Virus record (IMG/VR): IMGVR_UViG_3300043105_000102
Span: 64,001-128,000 of that record
Strand: one strand, 5' to 3'
Source of the DNA: a virus
Taxonomy: Duplodnaviria > Caudoviricetes
DNA: 64,000 nt
Part shown: positions 29,501 through 39,700 of the stretch, piece by piece
Position numbering within the stretch: position 1 is the stretch's first letter
How the letters are laid out: each line of letters begins with the position of its first letter
Notes under the pieces: generated by a model
Told to the model about the DNA's origin: nothing
Seen by the model: the letters and a program-made list of their open reading frames with translations, nothing else
The model's database searches: none
Translations under genes and position numbers: made by a program

Positions 29501-30307
29501 AGCTACTGGCGTAGTATCAAAAGAACTGACGGCTTGCATATTCGTAAAATTAAACGAATACATCAAGTAGTTATTATATCCAATTCCAGAAGCGGCAATA
29601 TTACTACCAGCCCAGTAAATAGGATAAGTAATGTCAAAAGCCTTGCCTGAATTTAAATTATTGTAACCAGAATCAGTTCCCACAATAATATTATTAGATG
29701 TGATTGCCGTATTAGCTTTTATGCCAAGAGAATATCTAATATAAGTATTGTCTATATAAAACTGAGAAGTAATCCACCAACCCGTATAGCTTGTTCCATT
29801 AATGATAACGCTTGAACGGTATACCATTCTTACGATATTCCCAGAACTATAATGTGTCGTTAACCTGCTGGCGCCATTAAAATAGACATTCTTCGCACCA
29901 GTAGCAGAACCATCAGACAAGTTTAAATTAAGAGTAGTTCCGCCACTTGCTCCACCTGTATTCATCCAATAGTCAATAATTAAACCATCATAAAGCTCTG
30001 TAATCCCTGTACCAAATAAACTGCCAGTCCAAGTTCCGGCTGTAGTTCCTGTGCCAATTACGAAAGTATTAGATTTTAATGTTAAAGTAGGATTTGAAGA
30101 TTCATCTAAATTGACTGAACCTTTTTCAACGCCATTAACTGTTACGCCTCTGGCGGCCGTGGTCATTTTTACTCTAGTATCACTGTCTTTATCAAAATAA
30201 ATAGAACCTTCGTTGTTATCATTGGTCGCAAAATAAACTTTACCAGATTCTTTTGTCGTTGGCAAATTTTTTTCAAGACCAGTTGAAAATTTTACTTTAT
30301 CGGCCAA
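23579..30307 (-). CDS. Long tail fibre / receptor-binding protein (2242 aa)
   Basis: S/T/G/N-rich; repeated LPLAGGTMTGNI, GNA.TAT, ATSDSAG.NI..TY.K and AS.SVAGL.TTG.QT fibre modules. Confidence 0.8.
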   Translation of the reverse strand: MADKVKFSTGLEKNLPTTKESGKVYFATNDNNEGSIYFDKDSDTRVKMTTAARGVTVNGVEKGSVNLDESSNPTLTLKSNTFVIGTGTTAGTWTGSLFGTGITELYDGLIIDYWMNTGGASGGTTLNLNLSDGSATGAKNVYFNGASRLTTHYSSGNIVRMVYRSSVIINGTSYTGWWITSQFYIDNTYIRYSLGIKANTAITSNNIIVGTDSGYNNLNSGKAFDITYPIYWAGSNIAASGIGYNNYLMYSFNFTNMQAVSSFDTTPVAYKPIYIKGTLSGNTFTPISTTPLTQTTSDTNYSYMLLGMTYSTTNMCLIQNHPIYATKNGTFGEIVNYARNTDYATGDSTTIRSKYVSGVTASGQTVTVTKGDGSTSTLTTQDKNVTQTVTSTNANYEVLFSNTADNTTRTEGARKNSNLTFNPSTGTLTTTKFSGSLSGNATTASTWETARTFRIKDTSGDNSGPGVDVNGNGEVNLYLPSTIKASITGHASEDLPLAGGTMTGNIAFADTTFSSNPTDSKGIKWTGGTDGASIFYRQTANNNGSLILLVSDDGEESIVFSHSKGGSIWLKPYYREFYPSADNTGSVGGAKFKWANMYATTFNGDLNGLAAKATSDSAGQNIASTYIKSVNVSDEYTLSTTNGVGSTTTIGNFVPLNSSKLIDLKYIPQAALERLTVVADDTARLALTTSTVQNGDVVKVTSTGKMYFVKDETKLTSEDGYEVFTAGTASAVAWGNVTGKPTLLGPNTTIALGSNNTSIVLKRYDSNGAATGTDTTISPAFLPLAGGTMTGNITFSKVNIGLYGKDAAGRTYALAKNNETNFWLGAASGTSTAHTGNTYISTGWDATNKVGYRNFRIAVPTLADDGTWSNVYYIPLDNGNYTNYVYSKSTSDGKYLGSIAKATSTGTEFSIKGVYANSKDGSSVTIPNASASVAGLITTGAQTLTGAKTIDSSGSLTINASNGFNYAGIGTGTDNAARPVWFAYSGVNGKPVYNSNFTYNPSTKTLVVENISGTASKATSDSAGNNINTTYLKDLKQVTSNGTTFTFRGIKGSESDGTLITVPAASTSVAGLVTTGGQTFAGIKTFESEIYSTSQNSFRMVYGNYGVILRNDGDSTYFLLTNSGNQEGSWNTLRPFKIKNSTGICDISGNSATATKLATARNIALDGNLQGSASFDGSANITITALNYQAIISSVNTSNYPWHRIATITVGTGTWIDRCSLIRIRHLYHGGGEGLAKIAARTNASGAACGLSIVWLYRHNIAEDALQGGLYGTTGDNVVADIYYKCSTYARAIVENVSNGRVWTLVTSSEVSNTTSSDKLTSYEVYTSVADGGSTIRGVTYTITTTASDNIPLGISSASSGTTNTLAYYSASNTISSYTSSKGSGTKLWYLNAGVPTESSSTVGSTTTPVYLNSGTITTCTGRTVPGIKSATNVTTLGWGTNNSYVPDISQIAYWNGAYSGTSSNLCYLGVIRNTALNLTPLSGEGGEIHLNASTANTAQAGIILDQYNSTFRICGTGSADGTTITGVGTPLVIDPYNKSITGGYTITGTLSGNASTATLWQNVGANCSTAKSTWNNSRGGTIVYGQSWKSTAYTYTPSGGSATTITDSGDVSFYVKAGSTTSNVLTANMAIDGEIFAGTQVVSPIVNATSYFSSPYLIATSAMSLSAGKVSGLATATSRLHSNGLVISNPATANDQGWIRVTGTSESDTVLEIATGDDGGAGEQIVARQYNTSNAVAHQITLLDTSGYTTLNHLNVGYTNTSYDISTGSLISNSWIRTKGSTGWYSEDYGGGWYMSDTSWIRTYGNKSIYQNTGTLRTDGTLQVGSSGTYFQANSSGVTSSTNFTLNRTSTQGGYYLQNSGTTYARAWVSTIGTAGDGTNAGTTGYVYLQLGNDTSVTSTSGSGANNATGRIRLYGSGSYYQDIIPQPNGSNRSVYLPNYAGTMYLIHGSSNSAIGSSTKPVYIAANGRATACTYSLSSTVNSGTTSHLAYYSASGAISSASNMSIDNDENRLTVTSASGDYSEFTATRTGGSTVWMGVGSGNTNHGLYSDTLNKWMVYADTSNVYLKGNADTATTLSSTLAVNLGGTGKTSWTANRLIYSSAATTLANATMYCDGTHLGVNSTTTTIDLTSAGAGTPTHTLYVGGSGYFSSFINISGNIAFVGSNRRINTTYDGSTYNVLRMDHGSGNVSLNAASGNLYLGWTTTNAIILGNTSTDGNSANFWGTALPSTTTKGAIFFKI

Positions 30308-30334
30308 TTTATATCCCCCTTTCTCTAATATTAG

Positions 30335-30363
30335 AAAAGGGGAGCTTATCTGAAGCTCCCCTT
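30335..30363 (-). terminator. Rho-independent terminator
   Basis: AAGGGGAGCTT/AAGCTCCCCTT hairpin followed by T residues on the - strand. Confidence 0.65.
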
Positions 30364-30369
30364 AAAAAT

Positions 30370-30600
30370 TTAATCTTTGTTAATAGAAGCTATAACTTTC
30401 TCCTTGAAGGCTTCGTAATCAGCATCAATTGTAGATTTATTATCTAAATACTTTTCAAAATCTTCAATATTATCATTTAAAGAAAGTCTATTTTCCTGTG
30501 AATAATTTGCGTAGAAATTAGCAACAACCTCATCATTTTCAGTCTTGCTAGTTGCATTAAAGTTAATATTCATATCATTAATAACTAACATAAGGTTCAT
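30370..30600 (-). CDS. Small hypothetical protein with its own promoter
   Basis: GGAGG RBS; 76 aa, acidic. Confidence 0.7.
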   Translation of the reverse strand: MNLMLVINDMNINFNATSKTENDEVVANFYANYSQENRLSLNDNIEDFEKYLDNKSTIDADYEAFKEKVIASINKD

Positions 30601-30614
30601 TCCTCCTTATTTTT

Positions 30615-30644
30615 ATTTTACCATATTTTTCTATGGTAAGTCAA
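30615..30644 (-). promoter_or_regulatory. sigmaA-type promoter
   Basis: TTGACT-18 nt-TAAAAT with extended TG on the - strand. Confidence 0.55.
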
Positions 30645-30700
30645 ATTTTTGTTCAAGTAATATAGTTTTTCTTCCAGCTATTTTTATACTTTTTGACCAA

Positions 30701-30738
30701 GAGAAAAAGAAAAAGGGAGAGTATTGCTACTCTCCCTT
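30701..30738 (-). terminator. Rho-independent terminator
   Basis: AAGGGAGAGTA/TACTCTCCCTT hairpin + T-rich tail. Confidence 0.75.
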
Positions 30739-30744
30739 CCTTGA

Positions 30745-31365
30745 TTATAAATCAATCCAGTATAAATCTTTTTCACTCGCAACTTTTGCGTAATAAGCCA
30801 CTTGCTCAACATAGTCAGCTAAAGTATCTGAATTACTGTCATAATCAGTTCCTTCATCCATTCCATGTAAAACCTTACTTGTGGCGGGTAAGGTATTTAA
30901 ATTATACGTTAAGAATTTAGCCGTACTATCCAAAGTATAAAATCTAATTGTAAAAGTAACATCTCCAGCGGCTTTAGTGGCGGAACCCTCAATGACCCAA
31001 GGAAAAAGTATCATTGGTTCATCTATACCGGCTTCGGGATTTAAAGTAGAATAAGTATCTACATCATAGAAAGGTACTGCATAAACTCTACCTTCTCCGG
31101 CAGCATTGATATATTGAATCACACAAGTAGTATTTGTCAAATCAATATTATCATAATATCTAGGAACTTTAAAATAGATAATTTCTGACCGATGGTCAGT
31201 TTCCACACTAAGAAATTCAGGAGCGTTAATTTTTCTAGTCGCTAAATCTATATCGTAAATGGTTTCTGTACTTGGCAATAAAACAGCTAAACTGGGAGCG
31301 TTTTCATCTTGAATTTTATAAAGTAATTTATAATATTCTTCAGCAGTGGTAATCATAGATAACAA
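30745..31365 (-). CDS. BppU-like (baseplate upper protein N-terminal) domain protein
   Basis: IDLATRKI...D..SEIIYFKVPRYYDNIDL...W.I....T..AG.V.F.IRF; paralogous to the domain in 31387..33399. Confidence 0.6.
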   Translation of the reverse strand: MLSMITTAEEYYKLLYKIQDENAPSLAVLLPSTETIYDIDLATRKINAPEFLSVETDHRSEIIYFKVPRYYDNIDLTNTTCVIQYINAAGEGRVYAVPFYDVDTYSTLNPEAGIDEPMILFPWVIEGSATKAAGDVTFTIRFYTLDSTAKFLTYNLNTLPATSKVLHGMDEGTDYDSNSDTLADYVEQVAYYAKVASEKDLYWIDL

Positions 31366-31386
31366 AACCCTCCTTTATTGCTAAAA

Positions 31387-33399
31387 TTAAGCTTCAACAA
31401 TATTGAAGAATCTGGAGCATCTATCGGCAGTAGTTCCATTGTAAGTATTAGTAACCTGACAATAGAAATATCCAGTAGTGGTTGGAGTATAAGTGGGGGC
31501 AGTTGCGCCAGAAAGAATCGTATCGCCATTAAATTTATACTCACCAGCATCGGCCAGAGCTAAGTCCTTCTCTAAAGTACTATTTCCGGCATAATATCTG
31601 TACCACTGATAAGTGATTGTATCTTCATCAGTTCTCTGAATAGGCTCACCGCTATCAGCAGGGAAAGAAGCTGTAACAGAAAGGCCTGTCTTAGCAACCT
31701 CATTCAGAGTATAATCGTCAGTGTAGCCCTCTGAAATAGTAACGTCAAGTCTAGTGGCGGGATGAGTCACACGGCAAATATTACTCTCAGTGTCTATAGT
31801 CTCTTTATTAACATTATTAGTAGCAATGACCTTGTAATAACCATCTCCAACGGCGCCCTCGGCACTCTCTTCCTCAGAACCCACAATAGTATAAGTATCT
31901 AAGGTAGCATCCTCAATAGCTTCAAATTCTGTAGCTCCGGGAGCTTTACGATACCACTGATAAGTAATCTTTCCGGCATCGGTAACAGAAGCTTTAATCT
32001 TTAACTCTAAGTCATACAGAGGATCTTCCAAAATACCCTTATCGGCCAAATTGGATTTATCGGCAATAACTGCGGCCACAGGCTTAGGCACAATGCAGAC
32101 AGTACTCTGAGTAGAAGCTGTTGAGTTGCGGACTCTATTGGTAGCAACCACATAATACTTACCAGTAGAGTCAATCAAAGCACTAGAATATCTCTCGAAG
32201 ATTTTTTCAGGACGATCTTCGGCATCCAGCTCACCATTATACAGAGTATAAGAATAAACAACCACATCGTCCTCAATCCCAGAAGAAGCAATTTGATAAT
32301 ACAATTTACCCTCTTGGCGCTTTGTATCAGTGGTTTCACTCATGGTAATTTCATAATCAATGTCAACACGACTATTATCATCTAAGCTATATTTCTTCCA
32401 GTAGTAAGAAAGTTGGCCGCCGTCCGTAGCAATAGCTTCAACGCTCTTGGTTACGTCAATAACACGGAATCCATCATCATCGGTATCAAGATTCAAGAGT
32501 TCAGGCAAATCAACAACAAAGATAGGCTCCTCGGCCTTAACAGACTTGTCACCAGTCAGAGAAGAGTTCTCAAAACGGTCATTGATTAAATCAGTCACGT
32601 CATCAATCTGAGAAGCAGAAGTAATGATTTCAGGTAAGTCAAAGTCAAGACCGGGCTTAATGGTGGCGGATTGGGTTAGAGTAGATAAACTATAAGTCAG
32701 AGTTTCATCTTCGGCATTATACTCATAGAAACGCACGGAGAATTGAACTGTTCCCGCAGCCTGAGTAATTTTAGAAGATAAGGGCCAACCAAAGATAATA
32801 TAACCGGGTTCACTCTCAACGTCCTTAACCCAAGGCACAGAAACGCCAGTAATATTGCGGCCACTCTCATCCAAAGCAGGAGACTTCCACTGAATATAAA
32901 TATCTTTAGTATCTAAATCAATAGCATCATAGAATCTATTGATTTTAAAGTAAACTATCTCAGCAACTTCATCACCCTGAACTGCTATACCATTACTCTT
33001 AAAGGAAGCAGGAACAGTAATCACTCTGGTATTAGCGTTAATCTCAAATACATCTTCATCTAAAGGAAGAATGGTATATCTACGATTGATCGCATTTAAC
33101 TCAACGATATAAGAGAAGTATTCATTTAAAGAAGTGATTGTATCAGAAGAATAATATTGCTTGGAATCGTCAAAATCAACATCTTCGCAAAGCATATATT
33201 CTCCATCCACCTTTGTATAATATCTGCCCGGCTCATAAGTACTCTCAGTTAAAGCAATTTCATCAAAACCTTTAACAGCATTGAGACTACCTTTTTCGAC
33301 CTCATTACCATTGGCGTCATGAGTTCTCAGAGCTTCACTAGCTTCTTCATACAAGAAAGAATATTTATCTGCATTTGATTTCTTTACATAAGTAATCAT
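31387..33399 (-). CDS. Structural protein: BppU-like domain + three Ig-like domains
   Basis: RFYDAIDL motif; repeated (S/T)Y.W...G.YY...TN Ig pattern. Confidence 0.65.
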   Translation of the reverse strand: MITYVKKSNADKYSFLYEEASEALRTHDANGNEVEKGSLNAVKGFDEIALTESTYEPGRYYTKVDGEYMLCEDVDFDDSKQYYSSDTITSLNEYFSYIVELNAINRRYTILPLDEDVFEINANTRVITVPASFKSNGIAVQGDEVAEIVYFKINRFYDAIDLDTKDIYIQWKSPALDESGRNITGVSVPWVKDVESEPGYIIFGWPLSSKITQAAGTVQFSVRFYEYNAEDETLTYSLSTLTQSATIKPGLDFDLPEIITSASQIDDVTDLINDRFENSSLTGDKSVKAEEPIFVVDLPELLNLDTDDDGFRVIDVTKSVEAIATDGGQLSYYWKKYSLDDNSRVDIDYEITMSETTDTKRQEGKLYYQIASSGIEDDVVVYSYTLYNGELDAEDRPEKIFERYSSALIDSTGKYYVVATNRVRNSTASTQSTVCIVPKPVAAVIADKSNLADKGILEDPLYDLELKIKASVTDAGKITYQWYRKAPGATEFEAIEDATLDTYTIVGSEEESAEGAVGDGYYKVIATNNVNKETIDTESNICRVTHPATRLDVTISEGYTDDYTLNEVAKTGLSVTASFPADSGEPIQRTDEDTITYQWYRYYAGNSTLEKDLALADAGEYKFNGDTILSGATAPTYTPTTTGYFYCQVTNTYNGTTADRCSRFFNIVEA

Positions 33400-33490
33400 T
33401 CAATCATTCAGTCCTTTCTTTATTTTTAGGGGAGAAGGAAAACCTTCTCCCCCTCTCTCTTCTTTTTAAAAGAAGAAGGTTCAATTATAA

Positions 33491-33700
33491 TTAGTTTTGA
33501 CCAGCGACTTCTTTCCAAAGGTCTAATTCATCAACAGGAATAACAACACTCTTTTGGTAAGTTGTATCATCCTTAGTCAACTTTTTACCTTCATCGGCGG
33601 TCAAACGGTATCTATTAGTATAATATATGTTTTCAAGGTGAATGGGACTAACTATAGTTCCATTGGTACCAAGATACACATATAAAGTCTCTTTAGTCAT
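33491..33700 (-). CDS. Small hypothetical protein (fibre chaperone-like)
   Basis: GGAGG RBS; RLTADEGKKLT...W.EV motif. Confidence 0.65.
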   Translation of the reverse strand: MTKETLYVYLGTNGTIVSPIHLENIYYTNRYRLTADEGKKLTKDDTTYQKSVVIPVDELDLWKEVAGQN

Positions 33701-33715
33701 AGCGTTTTATCCTCC

Positions 33716-36700
33716 TTACAGATGGCTAATCGTACCAGTATAGTTAATATATTCACTATCGTTGAAGTACTGCTTCATAGACTCAGATAAGCCATAAGTC
33801 ACAACGTCTTGGATAGGAGTTCCAGTGTTCTGAGAGAAAGCGTTTCTTCCTATTGTTGACAACTTACTGGAATGGGCCGAATCGCCAATAGACAGCAACT
33901 TAATACCATTGGCCAAGTTATTCAAGTAAGCAAAGGCGAACTGGCCAACCGTATTAACTTCTCCGGGAATTAAGAGTTGTTCAACTTGAGTATCAGATTG
34001 CAGAGCGCCGTTGAAAGCGTACTGGTCAATAACCGCCAAAGTTTGCGGGAACTCAAAAGTCTTTAAGGCAGAGTCACCAGAGAAAGCACTTTGTCCGATT
34101 TGTCTTAATCCAGAAGTAAACTGATAATAGACTAATTTGCGGCAATCTTGGAAAGCCGAAGCGCCAATTAGTCTAAGTTGCGGCGTTCCATACCAGAATA
34201 TATGAGTCAGATTCTCTTGGTTGTCAAATCCAACGACTGAGATAACAGGTAATCCATTGTAAGTGGCCGGAATGGTAATCTTACCTTGTAATTGATAACC
34301 AGCGGCGGGCGCCACTTGATAGCCAGCCCCATTCGCAAAGTTATAACTACTATCAGAGCCATCTGAATAAGTAGTTAGATTGAAACTAAAATACTTATCA
34401 TCTGTAGCACTAAGACGAGGATCTTCCAGCACAAAGCAAGCATAGAATACTCTATTAACGTTCTGCGCCGTAATACTCTCAATATCAACAACTACATTAT
34501 TAGCAGCACTTATTGACTTCTGGAAACAGTCAGATTGGTCAACGACCCAACCAACAAATCTGTATCTCTCATAATCACCTAAACTAGATTCATCGGTAAC
34601 AGGTAATAAGCTAGGAGCAGTCAAGCGTTCGCCATAAACAGTCTCCACAGTTGTTAAGACGTTACCTTGAGTATCACAATAAGAAGTTGTATAACGATGC
34701 TTTTCAAAGACCGCATAGAAAACATATTTAGTAATAGTATCACTAAAGGCGCATTCCTGAATTTCTTCATCCGTTAAGACACGACCACTGGCGTTAGCCC
34801 ATCCAATAAAGTCGTAGTTAATTCTAGTAGGAGTTACTTGGGGAAGAGCGACTTTTGCATCAGAAACACTAGTACTTATTCTCTGAGTCTCTACAATTGT
34901 TTCAGCGCCATTATCGGCCACAGTAACGAATTGAGCCAGATAACCTTCTTTGACTTTCCCGCAGAAAATAGTCAAATTAGGGAAATAAGTTAAGTACTCA
35001 TTCTGAATATCGGCTTCATCATAAGCATCTCCACTGTTATTATCAACATAAACAATTCCAGTTATATTAGGAATAGTAGGCGCAGAAGCTGTGGCGGAAG
35101 TATTTTGGAAGTAGTTCAAACTTCTATCGCCATCGGCCTCATACTTTTCATAAGCTGTTTTATAACTATCAATGTAAGTTTTGAACAAGTCCAGAGTTTG
35201 AATCGTATTAAATTCAAGTCCGGCAGTATATTCATAAACTTTTCCATTCAAGGTGTCTGTATCCCAACTGTCGCCAGATGGCTTATAGTTAGCTGTTAAT
35301 GTATAGCGACCATCATCATACCAGTAAGACTTACCAGAATCATAAGGCTCACCATATTGAACAGCAGTATAGGGCGACCAGACAACGTCCTCAAGATTGA
35401 TACTTAAGGCTTTAGTATAGCCATCAGAAACTTGCTCTTTTTGCTGCATAGCCTTTTTAATATCAGTAGCAGTCTTTAACAGCTTGTAAGAACCATAACC
35501 TAAATTGCCGCCAATGACGTTAATGGTGTTGATTTTAGTTTCAATATTAGTGAGATCGGTATCTCCACTTTCGTTTGTCAAACCTTCAATAAATAATCCT
35601 TCATCAGAAGCCGCAGGCTTTTGACTCTCAATAATCTTTGTTAAGGCTATTGGCTCAGTCAAAGACAAAGTAGTAACAGTAGAGGGAAGATGCAAAGTCT
35701 TAATCTGAACGCCGTCCGCCAAAGTCACACCAGTAATGCTTGTGTTCAAAGCTCTGAAAGATTCAAGCTTTTCAGAACCAGTAACATCAATGGAGCCATC
35801 CATCTTACGCAGACCTGTTAAAACGACTTCTTTTAACAGGGATTTAGCATTTTCATTAACTTCTCCACTAGCGGTATAAGCAGAGTCAGTCAAAGAGAAG
35901 TTATTACTGTTCAACTGGTCATTGAAATATCCTTCAACGTCACTTCCGACTTTCAAGCTTTCAAGTCTCTTTAAAGTAGGAATATGCAATTCGTCAAGGT
36001 ACTTTAATCCCAAATCTCCCATGTCAGCTATATACTCACCGCCGCCAAAGTAAACCAACTGCTGCGTGACATTAGCAGTATCTTTATACTTTTGGAGCAA
36101 GTCATCATTAGCGTTAATTGTAACACTAGTTTTGCCATCGCATTTAACAGGAGAAGTATGAGTTTCATCGTACTGACCATGGATATATTGCTGTAAATAA
36201 GAACGAACTTCAAAGTTGGGAGTTGCGTCCAAAGCCACAGGATAAGTATCAGTATAAGTATACTCAATTCCCGCATCATCAGTATAAGTTTGCCCAGCTA
36301 ATTCAGGATTGTACAAGAAGCGGTCTGAGGTTGCCGCGCCATAAGAACCGTCCATTCTGGCCCAGAACTCTGTTTTAGCCGCCGTAGTTTCATATGGGCC
36401 GCCATACCATTTACTATCAACATAGTTAATTCTGTTTCTTAAATACAAATACCGCATCAACTCTCTAGTGCCCTGTAAGCAATAGAAAAAGCTGCCGGAA
36501 TCATAAGTAAGAACGCCACTAGTATTGATAAATCCTGTAAAGGTGGGGGCAATGTATTTATAATATTCATCCACGTTGGTTAAGACTATGGGGCGCTTAC
36601 CTTGCATAGCGATAGACTTAGAGACTTCGGGATCAAAGTTGTAGTAACCATTCAGATGCTCAATGTCAAGATTGTTCTTACGCATTGAAGCATATTTAGC

Positions 36701-39700
36701 TTTAATTTGATCGCCAAACTCAGACCAAAGATTAGCCCATAAGACGCTATTGGAAGTGGAGAACAGGTTGGCCTCAGTAGGCTCAACATTGTAATCCCAA
36801 GTAGGAACGCCAGAGTTGTTAATTCCAAGCTGAGTATCAATATCATAATAGATAGGATACCAAATGTAGTTGCCGCCCTCTTTTTGCGGCCCCCACGTTG
36901 CCAACATCAAGTTCTTACCACGAGAGTCATAGCAGTGCAACAATTCTGTAGTAATAAAATAAATGTAGCAATATTCAGGGTCAAAGTGTAAGGCAAACTC
37001 ATTACGGAACTTAGCTTTATCATTTTCAGTACTCTTAATCCAGTCACAAACTTCTCTAAGATTTTTATACTTCTCTAGCATCCACTCATTACGGTCTGAT
37101 TGAGACATTGAAGCAAAGTCTCCTGCACCGTCCAAGCAATCATCAATATCATCGGCACTTGCGCTATAACGATATTCAAAATCGTTGTTTACTGTCAGAG
37201 GGCCAATGACTCTACTATAGTAAGTCTCATTTTCGTTAAACTCACCAGTGGCTAAAACGTAATTGCCATTTGAAGAAGTATAATAAATATCAGGCTCATA
37301 AGTAATTGAACTTAAAGTAGCCTTTGTATAAGTATCATTGGTTTCTTCAAAATCGGTTTTAGTAAAAGAGCAACGTAAACCTTGGTTGTTGGTGAACTCC
37401 CAACATTCAGCCGTTTTCTTAAAGGTTAAGTTATTACCCTCAGAATCCTTTACGAAAGACTCGCCGCCATTAGTAAATCCATAGGTGTCTTTACAACCCT
37501 TATCTAAGTTATAGTTGTACATACCAACAAATTCAATGCTTCCATCTTGTTTCTCTTGGAAAACAATCATTGGGAATCCATAAACAGTTGTACGTAAACC
37601 TGTAACATCACTTACGCCATAATCTTGTAAAGGATGCTTGCTGTACAAAGAAGAAACGTAACTTGCAAAGCCGGAATTGTGCGCACGAGAAGAATCCATA
37701 TAGTCAGCTTTCCAACAGAAGGTTGATTCACCAATTCCTTTATTGTCCATATACCAGTATTTGTAGGTCTTATCATCTATTTCAACGCCATCCATTAAAG
37801 ACTGGCCGGCGCAAGGCCCATTAGTATAAGTCCACTCGGCCCCATCTTGCTTAGCTTTAAACTTAAAGTTTCTGCGGGGATAGCCTTGAGAAGAAGTCCC
37901 TTGGACATCGAGAGATTTTCCAGTAGAATAGTAATCGTAACTGGGGCAACTCGTAATGTAATCTAAATCACTTATTAAACCATTTTCATACATATAGTCC
38001 AAAGTCGGATTTCTAAAGGAAACAGAAACAGCTTTCTTACCACCCTTAACGTAAGGCAGCTTATCATCAGCATCTACTGTCTTTACCACCGCATAAGGCA
38101 TAATGGGCGAAGAGGGATGCTGGACGTTATATTCAAGCATTAAATTATAATCAATTATGGGAAGATTATTCTGATAACTGACTATTTGGTTCATGTCGTA
38201 TTGATTAACATCTTTTATATCAGCAATATAGTTGTGAACAACATCGGCGCTGGACAAGGTAGCTTTGTAAATACGCAACTTATACAAATCAACGTCACAA
38301 TAATCAGAATTGAATGTGATTGCGTTTGCATTTGAAATAAAGCTATCAGAGCTAGAATTGTAAGAACTAATACCACTCATAATTCCGTTCAAATAAATAT
38401 ACATTAAAGGATAATTATTTTGGGCGGAGGGAGCCTCTAAGACAAAGGTCAAGTTAATGGTTTCATCTTCTCTATATCTAGCACTAACGACTTTATCTTG
38501 GGAAGCAAAGTAAGCTTCCTGAGTGCCAAGACAGAAGCCCATAGCTCCATATAATTTTCCAAAGACACCGACATTTGTTTCCATAGAAGCAATAGTATCT
38601 TCGGCATCGGCATCACCAGTTCTACTAATTAAAGTAGCATACTCTTTAACATTACGCACCTTAAATCTAAATTCAAAGGCTAAACTTGTGTTTAAGACCT
38701 TGGAATTTAAAATGCCACTAAGCTGAGTAACAGGAATAGAAATGGACGCGCCATTACTAATTCTCAAGCAAGATTTTCCTTCACTATCAGTAATCCAACC
38801 ATTGTTATACCAGTTAAAGTTATTAAAGGTGGTAGAAGTCTTAATGTCACTAGAGTTTGTATATTCCCAAGTCTGGCGGCTAGTCTTATTTTCGTTGTTG
38901 GAACGTCCAGAAGAATCCAGATTAAGAACAAGACCAGATGTGATAATATTCATGTCACGAGAAGTATCTTCTTCGACATATAGAGTAATTTGCTTTAAAC
39001 TACTTCCAACAGAAATGGTGTAAGTATTGGCGCCAACCTCATAATCTGTAATAGTCCATTTCAAATAAGAAGTTGAAGAATACGCTAAGTTTTGCGGAGA
39101 TGTTGCAAGCTCTACACCTTCACGATAGAAGTGTGTTTCGCAAACATCAGCCGTGGGGTCATAAACCATATATTGTAAAGTCACATCGGTATAATTTACA
39201 ACAGAACTTTCATATCCATTAGGAATCCAAACGATAGGGCTTGTATTGCCATCTTCTTCCCAAGCTAATTCATAGGTTAAAGAATCTGCTTTAACCTCAA
39301 CGCCATTAACGTTAGCAGAAAGAACTGCTTCTATGTCATGGGCGCCGTGCGTTTGCTCAGGAATACTAACCTGATAAGTTCTTGAGTTAATACTGGCCGC
39401 CACTGTCTCAGAAACTGTTAAAATTCCATCAACATAAATTCTTAAAGTTTTCTCAATACCGCCAACAGGCATACAAGCAAAGGTACAAGGTTTAGCTTTA
39501 CTGAAAACTTGCAGAGGATTGAAATCTGCGCTGGACTGCAAAGCTAAAGTAATACTTTGTCTACTGGAATAACTCTTAGTGGCCGAACCACTGTTCTCAC
39601 CAGTAGCAGTAACAGTAATTTTGTTTGTTCCACTATAAAGTAATTGGCCAATATTGATACTATACTCTTGGCCGCTATAAGCAGTATAAGTATAAGTAGC

